Assembly (NCBI GenBank): GCA_041747855.1
Contig: JBGTEJ010000048.1
Span: 19,018 to 83,017 of the forward strand
Source: Acidimicrobiia bacterium
Lineage (GTDB): Bacteria; Actinomycetota; Acidimicrobiia; Spongiisociales; ZC4RG35
Direction: 5' to 3'
Length of the DNA stretch: 64,000 nucleotides
Part shown: positions 36,541 to 45,803 of the stretch, piece after piece
Layout of the letters: each line of letters opens with the position of its first letter
How positions within the stretch are numbered: position 1 is the first letter of the stretch
The notes under the pieces: model-generated
The model's database searches: none
Told to the model about the DNA's origin: nothing
What the model saw: the letters and a program-made list of their open reading frames with translations, nothing else
Translations under genes and position numbers: made by a program

Positions 36541-36984
36541 TTAGAGAAGGCCCAGGTGGACCAACAGACGGATCAGCATCTTCCAGTCGCCTGCGTTGAC
36601 GATCCTCCAGAACAATTGCCTGTAGTTGGGCTTGCTCGGACATCTCGGATGATTATCGGTCTCCGCCCCGCATCGATCCACCCGATCCTGACAACGGGGG
36701 TGCTCGGGACGGACCTCACACCGATCCACAGGCTCCTGGCATTTCGGATCATCCGGGGTCTGTTCGCAGTCCACCTGCTGACACCGGGGGAGTTCGGGCC
36801 GGCTATCACAGGGGTCCTCCGGGGGCCGACTCTGCTGACATCGCGGCAGTTCCGGCATTCGTTCACATAGAGCGGGAGACCCGCGGTCTGCGTCGTCGGT
36901 AGCCACCGCGAGGGCCGGTACCGCCAATGGGACAAGGACCACCAGAGCGGTGAGCAGTGAGGCGATTCGGGTTCTGGTTGACAT
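36541..36984 (-). CDS. Secreted Cys-rich repeat protein (PE[LH]PRCQ repeats)
   Basis: It has a signal peptide (MSTRTRIASLLTALVVLVPLAVPALA), then repeats ...PELPRCQQ...PELPRCQQ...PEHPRCQD...HPRCPS, mirrored by ~24-nt direct repeats in the DNA. It lies 13 nt upstream of the ECF sigma gene on the same strand. Confidence 0.55.
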   Translation of the reverse strand: MSTRTRIASLLTALVVLVPLAVPALAVATDDADRGSPALCERMPELPRCQQSRPPEDPCDSRPELPRCQQVDCEQTPDDPKCQEPVDRCEVRPEHPRCQDRVDRCGAETDNHPRCPSKPNYRQLFWRIVNAGDWKMLIRLLVHLGLL

Positions 36985-37041
36985 GTTTCTCCTTCCGTCT
37001 CATTTACAGACGCCGGAGAAACGATTCATTCCCCGCCCGGT

Positions 37042-37470
37042 TCACGATTCCTTCAGATATCGCACTCCAAAGACACGCATCCTGGTGATTTCGATCCGGA
37101 TTCCACTCGAGTAGTCGGCGGCGAAACTGGCGGGGGTGTAGCCCAGATCCCTGATCGCATCCAGGTACTTCTCGACATAGCCGGAAAGCGAGTCGGCCGA
37201 TGGGAGCGTCGGGTCAACCACGGCGCGGCCCTCGAGGCTCAAGCATCCCGCACCGGATGGATCGGCACGCAAGTTGAAGGCCACCCGTTCGTTGGCCTCG
37301 ATGTTGCCCATGCGGAGAGAATCCGGGCGGCTGTATACGATCAAGTCCTCACCCTGACGAAAGAACCAAACCGTCGATGTCTGAGGCTGTCCCTCCCGGC
37401 TCACGGTGGTCAGGAAGCCAACAAGCGCCGCATCCAGAGCCTCGGCCACGCCAGCCTTCTCCATGATCAT
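37042..37470 (-). CDS. PPOX-class (pyridoxamine 5'-phosphate oxidase-like) F420-dependent oxidoreductase
   Basis: 142 aa, split-barrel family: GFLTTVSREGQPQTSTVWF...GNIEANERVAF. Confidence 0.7.
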   Translation of the reverse strand: MIMEKAGVAEALDAALVGFLTTVSREGQPQTSTVWFFRQGEDLIVYSRPDSLRMGNIEANERVAFNLRADPSGAGCLSLEGRAVVDPTLPSADSLSGYVEKYLDAIRDLGYTPASFAADYSSGIRIEITRMRVFGVRYLKES

Positions 37471-37519
37471 CGCCGGCAGGTTAGTGGCTGCTCGGAGCAG
37501 CTTCTGGAGGTCGGCAGAC

Positions 37520-38566
37520 TCAGTCGGCTGAGGGGTCTGCGGGATTCTTCATGCGCCTGCGAACGATGCTTGCCAGTGCGGCAACGATCACTCCTGCGAG
37601 CAAAAGCAGCCAGACAGCCGAGGACTCCACCATCTCGACCGCCATCCGATAGTCCGCCTCTATCGCCACGGGCATGAAGACATCCGAGTCACCGAAGATG
37701 CTTGCGGCAAATCCGGCCTGAACACCCGAAGCCGAGAACCGCATACCGCCCGAACCGTCGGAACCACCACCGGCGGACGCTCCCACGTCTCCACCGTCTG
37801 GTGGCTCGGAAGCGGGAGCAGAGGTAGTGGTGACCCTTTCGACCGCGGTGGTGGAGGTGGTGCGCGGCGCAGTTGTGGTGGGCTCGGGCGTTGTGGTTGT
37901 CGACTGGGCAGGGATCGTGGTCGAGGTCGTTGATGTGCTCGACGTGGGCTTGGTGGTCGTCGTCGTCCCGGCGACGGTGGTGGTTGTCGATTCACCTTTC
38001 TCCAGGACCTTGACAGTGTCGACGAGGGCCTGGAAGCCGAGGGTCCCTTCAACGGAGAACCTCACTGCCATCTCTTCGGCCCCCCCGGTCTCAACAGAGA
38101 GAAAGCGATGCCGCGATCCCTTTCCAATCAGATCTTCTACCGGCTCCGTGTGAACCTTGATCCATTCCTCCCCGTCGAATGAGATCTCCAGGCACAGGGT
38201 CGCACCACCATCAATGAGTGCAAGCTTGGTGCCAGCCACCTGGAAGCTGACCTCGGCCATGTTGAACCTGGCGACATCGGCCCAGCGGACAGCTCCGACG
38301 GCATGAGAACCGAGCGGTGCCGCCAGTTGAAGACAGAGCCCATCAGGGCAGGTCGAATTCAGGGCTACCGAGACATCGCCAAGAGCGGCCCCGCCGCCGT
38401 CATTCCACTCGGTCCAGGGTCCCGACCAGGTGAGGCTCCCGTCGTTGCCCGAGAAGCTGATCGTCTTGAATTCGTCTTTGTAGTAGCCAGGCGAGGCGGC
38501 ATGGGCCACCACGGTGGCCGAAGCCACCAGCATGACTACCGCAATCGACACGGCCGCCTTCTTCAC
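37520..38566 (-). CDS. Secreted, C-terminally membrane-anchored hypothetical protein with Thr-rich linker
   Basis: It has a signal peptide, a ~190-aa globular domain, a TTTTVAGTTTTTKPTSSTSTTSTT linker and a C-terminal TM plus RRRMK stop-transfer. ATGA overlap with the HK gene stop. Confidence 0.5.
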   Translation of the reverse strand: MKKAAVSIAVVMLVASATVVAHAASPGYYKDEFKTISFSGNDGSLTWSGPWTEWNDGGGAALGDVSVALNSTCPDGLCLQLAAPLGSHAVGAVRWADVARFNMAEVSFQVAGTKLALIDGGATLCLEISFDGEEWIKVHTEPVEDLIGKGSRHRFLSVETGGAEEMAVRFSVEGTLGFQALVDTVKVLEKGESTTTTVAGTTTTTKPTSSTSTTSTTIPAQSTTTTPEPTTTAPRTTSTTAVERVTTTSAPASEPPDGGDVGASAGGGSDGSGGMRFSASGVQAGFAASIFGDSDVFMPVAIEADYRMAVEMVESSAVWLLLLAGVIVAALASIVRRRMKNPADPSAD

Positions 38567-39939
38567 GACGACGGTCCAGCCATGACGGGTGTCTCCGTCC
38601 GCGCGGTTGGGTCGAACCCGGGAACCGAGAGAACGAAGTAGGACTTGCCGGCGAACCTCTGATACTTAATCTGTCCGTTCATACGGTCTGCAAGCCGGGA
38701 AGCCACCGCGAGACCCAAGCCGACGCTTCCGGCTACCAGCGGACTCGACCCACTGTTGGCATAGGGGGCGAACAGATGCGGCACCCTTTCCTCGGGTACG
38801 CCCGGCCCGTCATCCCAGACCTCGATGTCGACGGCGTCACCCTCGGCGGTGACCTCGATACCAATCCGGCCGCCCCCGTGCCGTGCGGCATTGGAGATGA
38901 GGTTGACGAGAATGTGCCTGAGTCGGGCCGCGTCGACCTGCGCCACTGTGCCGTTCAGCTGTCGCTTGACTTCGAGGCCCGCTCTCTCGAACGGGGCAAT
39001 GGCACTTTCGACGACCGAGGCGATACGGGTGGGAAGAACTTCCATTTCGACCCCGGTGCTATCGAGGCGGGACGCCACAATCAAGTCATCGACCATCCTG
39101 GAAAGTTCGGCAGCCTCGTTGGCGATGATGCCGGCGAGTTCCCTGGACTGGGTGTCGGCGCCACCGTCAGTGCTGTCGGCCAGTATCTCGGCGAAGCCAT
39201 AGATCGAGGTGAGCGGTGTCCGTAGCTCGTGGGAGAGGCCGGCGATGAACTGGTCCTTTGCCCTGCTCACTTTTCGTTCAGCTTCCAGCTCGAGTCGTGA
39301 GTTCTCCTTCTGCTGGACGATCTGCCGTCTTGCGATCCACCAGTAGAGGGTCACCGCGGCAGCGGGGAGCACGAGGGTCATGGCAAAGAGAATGAGACCG
39401 TTGACTCTCTGACCCATCTCTGTATTGAGCGCGATGGCCTCCTGAATATCGTCCTGTTCGAGCCGTAGGGATTCGATCAGGTCCGTGAAGTGTCCGTCGA
39501 GAGCCTCGATTGCGGTCCTGGCAGCAATCAAATCGGAGGCTCCGAGGGCTTCGCGGGTCGCCTCGGCGGAGGATACGAAGACGGCGAGGAACCCTTGCGA
39601 GCTGCTGTGCCCGCTTCCAGCCTCGAGCTCCACCAGTTCTGCCAAGGATCCGGCGACATGGTCGAGCGCGAACTGGAGATCGTCAGCGGAGGCCTCACCC
39701 CGGCTATGAAGCTGAGCGAAGGTAAGCGCCTGCGCCAACGCCGCACGGGTAAGGGCGGCTGATCCCGAGGCGGCGTTGGCCCAGTGGAGTGAGGCAGCAT
39801 TGACAGCCACCTTGGAGGCACTTACGGAGTTGGCAAACGCGATCCCGGCTCCCACGAGGACCACGACCAGGGAGACACTGATCGCAGCGGCGACCCGTCG
39901 GTGGCCGGTCCAGATCGGGGCTCTGCCCTCCTTGCCCAT
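38563..39939 (-). CDS. Sensor histidine kinase (HisKA + HATPase_c), two TM with periplasmic sensor; no cognate response regulator adjacent
   Basis: H-box FIAGLSHELRTPL, N-box LVNLISNAARH, and G-boxes DDGPGVP / GSVGLGLAV. Confidence 0.85.
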   Translation of the reverse strand: MGKEGRAPIWTGHRRVAAAISVSLVVVLVGAGIAFANSVSASKVAVNAASLHWANAASGSAALTRAALAQALTFAQLHSRGEASADDLQFALDHVAGSLAELVELEAGSGHSSSQGFLAVFVSSAEATREALGASDLIAARTAIEALDGHFTDLIESLRLEQDDIQEAIALNTEMGQRVNGLILFAMTLVLPAAAVTLYWWIARRQIVQQKENSRLELEAERKVSRAKDQFIAGLSHELRTPLTSIYGFAEILADSTDGGADTQSRELAGIIANEAAELSRMVDDLIVASRLDSTGVEMEVLPTRIASVVESAIAPFERAGLEVKRQLNGTVAQVDAARLRHILVNLISNAARHGGGRIGIEVTAEGDAVDIEVWDDGPGVPEERVPHLFAPYANSGSSPLVAGSVGLGLAVASRLADRMNGQIKYQRFAGKSYFVLSVPGFDPTARTETPVMAGPSS

Positions 39940-40005
39940 AGAGAATCATCGGAATTTCGCTGCAGAACCCATGTGGGTCCAGCGACCCAAGCCGTCGAGT
40001 GCCGG

Positions 40006-41904
40006 CTAGGGCTTGCCGATATCGGCCACGACCGACAGATGGTCGGATGCCTGGCTGATGATGTTCCCTACATCCATGGTCTGGAGGTCGTTGGTGTGGA
40101 ACACGTAGTCGATCCGGTATCGAAGATCGGAGGAGTTGGCGGTGTACCCGCTTCCCTGGCCCGCTTGGTCCCATGCATCCAGCCAGCCGGCGTCGCGTAA
40201 TTCCGCCATCTGCCTCCAATCGGGCCGGGCATTGAAGTCGCCGACCAGGATGGCGGGCCGACGGCCCCCCCATTGCTCGAGGATGGTCGCGATCTGCTCA
40301 TGATGGACCGGATAGAGATCGGCTTCGGGGTCCTGGTCGTGCATGGAGGAGTCGTTGATGTGTTGGAGATGGGTGCTGATGAACAGGATCTCCTCGCTCC
40401 CCACTTCGATCATCGCACCCAGGTATCCCCGACGGAAGGGCGTTCCAACCATCGGCAGGTATTCCCTCTCCACGGTCACGATCGGGAACCGGCTGAGGAT
40501 CGCATTTCCCCATGCGGGATCGGTCGTCCCGAAGAACACTGCATACTCGAAGCCCAGCCTCTGCTGAAGCAGGGTCAATTGGTCGGTTGATCCAGTTATC
40601 AGCTGACCGCGGGACACCTCCTGAAGACCCACGATGGTCGCCTCGGAAGCGGCGATCACGTCCGCCAACTCGTCGATGGAGAAGCGGCCTTGGGTGTCGA
40701 AGCCGGAGTGGATGTTGAAAGCCATGACCCGCAGCGGACCGCTGTTGATATCTGGAGCAGCTGGACCCCCGGCGGTCAGCAGACCGACCAGAGGAAGGAG
40801 CGCTCCAACCGCCGCAAACGCCCAGGTTTGAGGAGCGGTTCCCGGCCTGGTGGACTGACCGAGGGCTATGGCCCCGAGCATGAACAGGGACAACAGTGCC
40901 AGGGTGCCTAATCGGGCTTGTGACTGGCCGAATCCAAGGCTGAGATCGAGAGGCACGTAGTAGGCCAGTCCGAGGATCACAAACAAGGTCATGCCGGTGG
41001 TGAGGAACACGCCGGATGCGCCGAGACCTCTCTCGTGGACTTCGGGGACCAGTGAGGCCCAGACCAGGCCCGCCGCCGGGATGGCAAAGACGAACGCCAG
41101 GGTGAAGAGCATATCCGGCCCCTCAGCAGCGAAAATGGCCAGGGCCAGCGTGACAGCCGCCAGGACGGTCATCAGTCGCACCTGTTCGAATCTGAGTACT
41201 GCGACCAGTGCGACGACATTCAACAAGGCAATGACCAGTTGCGCCTGGGCCCCGCCCAGACCGGTGAGCTCGGACACCCACCCCTGGTTCTGGAGGATCA
41301 ACGACTGAAAGAAGAGATAGGGGCCCAACCCGATCAGGAGCCACCCGGTGGCGATGGGCACCCCTTGCCTCTCGAATGCGGGACACGCCCAGAAGACATA
41401 GAGGCTGGCAACACCGATCACGATCACGGCCGCAGTGGCCGCAATGTGGTCCTGGAAGGCAAGGTCGAAACTCAGACCCATGCCTTTGATCGCCGAATCG
41501 AGCGCTATTCCGAGCAGCACCCCCCCAACCAGGGTCGACCGGCCCATGCTGAGCAGGAGGGGTAGGATTCCGACGAAGGCGAACGTGGCGATACCCGAAG
41601 TCCAAAGGTCGAGATTCGGGTCGGTCGAGATCTGGTTCCCAACCCTTGCCACCACGAGAATTATCAGACCGACCCAGATGGCCCCCCGAACGGTGAGAAG
41701 CTTGGAGAGGATCGGGAGGATCGCACCCAACACGAAAGGTGCGAGGGCGAGCGGGATCAGATCGAGGACACCGACCCCAACCGTGTCCCTCAGGTACCAG
41801 GCGAGCGAAGCGAACAAGAACCGCATCGACTGAGCCCCCAAGACGAAGATGAGGGCCCCAAACAGAATCCTCAGATTCCGATTGGACTCAGCCGTGTCGA
41901 ACAT
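40006..41904 (-). CDS. Polytopic membrane protein with C-terminal endonuclease/exonuclease/phosphatase (EEP) domain
   Basis: 632 aa. The N-terminal ~380 aa has ~11 TM helices. The C-terminal domain has MAFNIHSG...GLQEV...GDFNARPD...SDHLSVVADI. Confidence 0.7.
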   Translation of the reverse strand: MFDTAESNRNLRILFGALIFVLGAQSMRFLFASLAWYLRDTVGVGVLDLIPLALAPFVLGAILPILSKLLTVRGAIWVGLIILVVARVGNQISTDPNLDLWTSGIATFAFVGILPLLLSMGRSTLVGGVLLGIALDSAIKGMGLSFDLAFQDHIAATAAVIVIGVASLYVFWACPAFERQGVPIATGWLLIGLGPYLFFQSLILQNQGWVSELTGLGGAQAQLVIALLNVVALVAVLRFEQVRLMTVLAAVTLALAIFAAEGPDMLFTLAFVFAIPAAGLVWASLVPEVHERGLGASGVFLTTGMTLFVILGLAYYVPLDLSLGFGQSQARLGTLALLSLFMLGAIALGQSTRPGTAPQTWAFAAVGALLPLVGLLTAGGPAAPDINSGPLRVMAFNIHSGFDTQGRFSIDELADVIAASEATIVGLQEVSRGQLITGSTDQLTLLQQRLGFEYAVFFGTTDPAWGNAILSRFPIVTVEREYLPMVGTPFRRGYLGAMIEVGSEEILFISTHLQHINDSSMHDQDPEADLYPVHHEQIATILEQWGGRRPAILVGDFNARPDWRQMAELRDAGWLDAWDQAGQGSGYTANSSDLRYRIDYVFHTNDLQTMDVGNIISQASDHLSVVADIGKP

Positions 41905-41948
41905 TCCCCTAAAAGTACCGGAAACGACACCCGACGTGCGGGCAAGGA

Positions 41949-44900
41949 CTAAACCGGATCGGTTCGCCCCTGGCGGGGCGCCCTCGCCACGAAGTACTTG
42001 GCCTGGGGGTGATGACAGATGAGTGCCGATGTGGTCTGTTCGGGTTGGTACTGATAGCCAGTTTCCTCCCCGACCGTGATCCCGATTCGTTCTGCTCCAA
42101 GAATACGTGCCACTGTCTCGTTGTCCTCCAAGTCGGGACAGGCTGGATAGCCCCAGGAGTACCTGCCACCGCGATACTTCTGTCGGAACAAGCCTGTCAG
42201 ATTAGGACCATCCTCGGAGACGAAGCCCCACTCAGTCCTGATCCGGTGATGCCAGTACTCGGCCAGGGCTTCGGCCATCTCCACTCCCAATCCGTGGAGG
42301 AGCAGGTAATCCTGATAGCGGTCGGAGTCGAAGAGCTCTTTAGTTCGCTCCGAAACCACGCCTCCCATCGTGACGATATGAAAAGCCGCATAATCCAGTT
42401 CCCCTGAGTCGGCTGGCCGGAAGAAGTCGGCTATGCAGTAGTAAGGGTCTTCCTGCTGCCGGGGAAAGCTCAGTGTGGCGAGTTGAGAGGTGCGGGTCTC
42501 GTCTTCCCAGATGATCAGGTCGTCACCGTCGCCGTTCGCAGGGAAGTAGCCGTAAACAAGTTGGGGAACGAGCAGCTCGGCCCTCCTGGCGTCGGCGAGC
42601 TGTTCTCGAAGCCGATGCCCGAGTCGTTCTTTGAAGTCACGATCGTTCTCGCCGGGTTCCGGGCGGAACTGCCATTGGTTTCGGAACAGCGCCGTGCGAT
42701 TGATGAAAGGAACGATGTCATCGATGGCAATGCCCTTGACCACCCGGGAACCTATGAACGGCGGTTTGAAGACATGGTTGTCGGACACCACCGACGGCGC
42801 CCTGTCCGGAACCGAGCCGCCTCCGGATTCCGGGCGGTGACGCACCCGTGGAGCTTCGGGGCTCGGGGCCGGCTCGCCGGACACGATCCTGGCCATGGCG
42901 TCCAACCCGGCGAACGCATCTTTCCCGTAGTACAAAGGCCCCTGGTAGCGGGACCGAAGATCAGACTCGACATAACTCCGGGTCAGAGCAGCCCCACCAA
43001 GGAGCACCGGCACCTTCCCCAGACCTCTGCGTTCCAGTTCGGCGAGGTTGTCCCTCATGATGAGGGTGCTCTTGACCAGTAGCCCACTCATGCCAATCGC
43101 ATCTGCCTGGCTCTCCTCGTATGCCTGGATCATCTCATTGATCCCAACCTTGATGCCGAGATTGCGAACCTCATATCCGTTGTTGCTCAGGATGATGTCG
43201 ACGAGGTTTTTCCCTATGTCGTGGACATCGCCGGACACCGTGGCGAGGACGACCCGTCCCCGGCTTCCGGTGTCGGCCTTCTCCATCTTCGGCTCGAGAT
43301 GGGCCACGGCCTTCTTCATTGTCTCCGCAGATTTGAGCACGAAGGGCAACTGCATCTCCCCGGAGGCGAATAGTTCTCCCACCACTTTCATTCCGGCGAG
43401 AAGATGGACATTGATGATGTCCAGCGGGGGCTGCCCATCGGAGAGGGCGATCTCGAGGTCTTCGACGATGTTCCTCTGATCCCCGTCGACGATCCGACGG
43501 GCGAGCCGTTCACCCACATCCAGACCCTCGTAGCGGTCGACGGTGTCATCCTCGTCGCTGATATCGGCGAACAGATCGATGAGCCGCTCCAACGGGTCGT
43601 ATCCCTCCGACCGCCGGTCGTAGATCAGGTCCAGGCATACCTGGCGATGCTCCGGGTCGACCTTTGCCAGAGATTCGATCTTTCCGGCATGGACGATGGC
43701 GGCGTCCAAGCCAGCTTCAACCGCCTCGTGGAGAAAGACGGAGTTCAAAACACGTCGGGACGACGGGTTGAGACCGAAGGAGATGTTGGAGACACCCAAG
43801 ACGGTTCGCGACCCGGGCAACTCCTTCTTGATCCGACGGATTGCCTCCAACGTCTCAATGGCATCGCCCCGCAAGTCGTTGTCCCCGGTCGACAGTGGAA
43901 AGGTAAGGGTGTCAAAGATGAGATCGGAGGTGGAAAGTCCGTAGCGGTTCACCGCCAAGTCATTGATCCGGTGAGCGATGCGGAGCTTCCAGTCGACCGT
44001 CCGGGCCTGACCCTCCTCGTCGATCAAGAGACAAATCACCGCAGCGCCGTACTTCCGGGCGAGCTTGAAGACCCTGTCGAGACGAGAACCTTCACCCTCC
44101 CCGTCCTCGAGGTTGGCACTATTGAGGACGCACCGACCCCCCAACCGTTGCAGACCCGCTTCCATCACTTCGGGTTCGGTCGAGTCGAGGACCACGGGGA
44201 CAGCAACATCGGTCGCAAAGGCCATCGCCAGCCGCGACATGTCAGCCACACCGTCACGAGCGACATAGTCGACACAGAGATCGACCATGTGGGCCCCCTC
44301 CTGGATCTGGCTCTGGCCGATTCCGACACACCGTTCCAGGTTTCCGTCGAGAAGGGCGTCACGAAAGGCCTTGGAACCGTTGGTGTTGGCGCGCTCACCG
44401 ATCATGAGAAACGACGTGTCCTGATCGAATGAGACCTGGGAGTAGATGGAGGCGGCTGCGGCGACCGGTTGGGGGGAGCGGGTCTTGACGGTCAGTGGTC
44501 GCACCTTCTCGATCACAGCGGCCAGATGCTCGGGTGTGGTCCCACAACATCCTCCGATCACACCGACACCGAGTTCGGTGACAAATTGGGCCAGGTGATC
44601 GGCGAGTTCGCTCGGGGACAGGTCGTAGGCCATCTCCCCATCGATCACCTTCGGGAGACCGGCATTGGGGATTGCAGAGATCGGCACCGATGAATGTCGG
44701 GTGAGATGCCGCAATGGCTCCCACATCTCCAACGGGCCGGTGGCGCAATTCAGTCCGATCACATCAGGTCTCATGGCGGCGAGGGCGGTGAGGGCCGCTC
44801 CCATCTCGGTACCTGGAAGCATCCTCCCGGTCTGTTCGATCGTCACCTGCACCTGGATCGGAAGGTCCTGGTTCAGATCTGTCATCGCTTGACGGGCCCC

Positions 44901-45419
44901 TATGATCGCCGCCTTGGCGCCGAGCAGATCGAACTGGGTTTCGATGATGAGGAGGTCGGCACCACCGTCGATGAGCCCCTGGCTCTGGACCCGGTAGGCG
45001 TCAGAAAGGTCGGAGAAGGCGACCTGGCCAAGTGTGATGAACTTGGTGCCGGGCCCGATCGAGCCGGCCACGAATCTCTCTCGTCCATCGTCGGCGATAT
45101 ACCGGTCAACCACGCCACGGGCGATGGAGGCCGAAGCTGCCGAGATCTCATAGGCGCGGTCGGCGATGTCGTACTCCCCCAGCGGTATTGCAAAGGCACC
45201 GAAGCTGTTGGTCTCGACCACATCCACCCCGACATCGAGGAAGGAAGCATGAAGGTCATGGATGACATCGGGTCGAGTCACACTGAGGATGTCGGTGCAA
45301 CCCTCGAACTGAGGACCGCCGTAATCGTCCAATGACAGATTCAGTCGTTGGAGGTTGGTCCCGGTCGCACCATCGAACACGACGACGCCCTTGGAAACGG
45401 CATCGAGATAGCCGCTCAT
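41949..45419 (-). CDS. metH: Cobalamin-dependent methionine synthase
   Basis: 1156 aa with all modules: Hcy-binding, pterin-binding, the B12-binding DxHxxG (GDVHDIGKN) and the AdoMet activation domain. Confidence 0.95.
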   Translation of the reverse strand: MSGYLDAVSKGVVVFDGATGTNLQRLNLSLDDYGGPQFEGCTDILSVTRPDVIHDLHASFLDVGVDVVETNSFGAFAIPLGEYDIADRAYEISAASASIARGVVDRYIADDGRERFVAGSIGPGTKFITLGQVAFSDLSDAYRVQSQGLIDGGADLLIIETQFDLLGAKAAIIGARQAMTDLNQDLPIQVQVTIEQTGRMLPGTEMGAALTALAAMRPDVIGLNCATGPLEMWEPLRHLTRHSSVPISAIPNAGLPKVIDGEMAYDLSPSELADHLAQFVTELGVGVIGGCCGTTPEHLAAVIEKVRPLTVKTRSPQPVAAAASIYSQVSFDQDTSFLMIGERANTNGSKAFRDALLDGNLERCVGIGQSQIQEGAHMVDLCVDYVARDGVADMSRLAMAFATDVAVPVVLDSTEPEVMEAGLQRLGGRCVLNSANLEDGEGEGSRLDRVFKLARKYGAAVICLLIDEEGQARTVDWKLRIAHRINDLAVNRYGLSTSDLIFDTLTFPLSTGDNDLRGDAIETLEAIRRIKKELPGSRTVLGVSNISFGLNPSSRRVLNSVFLHEAVEAGLDAAIVHAGKIESLAKVDPEHRQVCLDLIYDRRSEGYDPLERLIDLFADISDEDDTVDRYEGLDVGERLARRIVDGDQRNIVEDLEIALSDGQPPLDIINVHLLAGMKVVGELFASGEMQLPFVLKSAETMKKAVAHLEPKMEKADTGSRGRVVLATVSGDVHDIGKNLVDIILSNNGYEVRNLGIKVGINEMIQAYEESQADAIGMSGLLVKSTLIMRDNLAELERRGLGKVPVLLGGAALTRSYVESDLRSRYQGPLYYGKDAFAGLDAMARIVSGEPAPSPEAPRVRHRPESGGGSVPDRAPSVVSDNHVFKPPFIGSRVVKGIAIDDIVPFINRTALFRNQWQFRPEPGENDRDFKERLGHRLREQLADARRAELLVPQLVYGYFPANGDGDDLIIWEDETRTSQLATLSFPRQQEDPYYCIADFFRPADSGELDYAAFHIVTMGGVVSERTKELFDSDRYQDYLLLHGLGVEMAEALAEYWHHRIRTEWGFVSEDGPNLTGLFRQKYRGGRYSWGYPACPDLEDNETVARILGAERIGITVGEETGYQYQPEQTTSALICHHPQAKYFVARAPRQGRTDPV

Positions 45420-45670
45420 GATGGTGCTCGGTTAGCGCCGGATGACCCGGTCATGGTTCTGCTCCTTTGTCTCACATGAAACGCTTGAGAGAGAACCGTG
45501 AGCCTGAGCCCAAGGTAACTCATCGTCCCAGGCATTGGCACCGTGCTCGGCCCTGTGGCTCTGTCGGTTGCCGCGGCGTCAAAGGGCCTGATCCCTCAGC
45601 CGCTCTAGATGAGCGTTTCTGCTCCACAGGATATCGGCGCGACCCGCCTATTGACAAGACCCAACCCGCA

Positions 45671-45791
45671 AACCTCAGGTATCCAGGGTCCCTTTTGGGT
45701 ATCTCTCGGCCTCAAGGTCGCGATGCCTGAGTGGACTTCCGTAAACTTGAGAGAGGATGGGTCCCTTTTGGGTACCTCACAACCTGAGGTT
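45671..45791. repeat. Composite repeat element: 10-bp terminal inverted repeats (aacctcaggt / acctgaggtt) enclosing two identical 16-bp direct repeats (gggtcccttttgggta)
   Basis: Seen directly in the sequence between DUF885 and metH. Direct repeats are at 45686-45701 and 45759-45774, and inverted repeats at 45671-45680 and 45782-45791. Confidence 0.6.
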
Positions 45792-45802
45792 CGCAAAAGG
45801 GA
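45762..45802 (-). terminator. Stable hairpin immediately 3' of the DUF885 stop codon (putative terminator, no U-tract)
   Basis: The minus RNA reads UCCCUUUUG-cga-ACCUCA-gguug-UGAGGU-ac-CAAAAGGGA. It starts 1 nt after the TGA (45804-45806) and overlaps the second direct repeat. Confidence 0.4.
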
Positions 45803-45803
45803 T

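Noticed and set aside
43404-44432. Plus-strand 342-aa ORF inside metH
   Set aside because: It is antisense to metH, and metH homology is unambiguous across this region.
45420-45803. SAM or cobalamin riboswitch upstream of metH
   Set aside because: It shows no recognisable B12-box (GCCACUG) or SAM-I/IV conserved cores. The region is instead dominated by the direct/inverted repeat element, which is reported separately.
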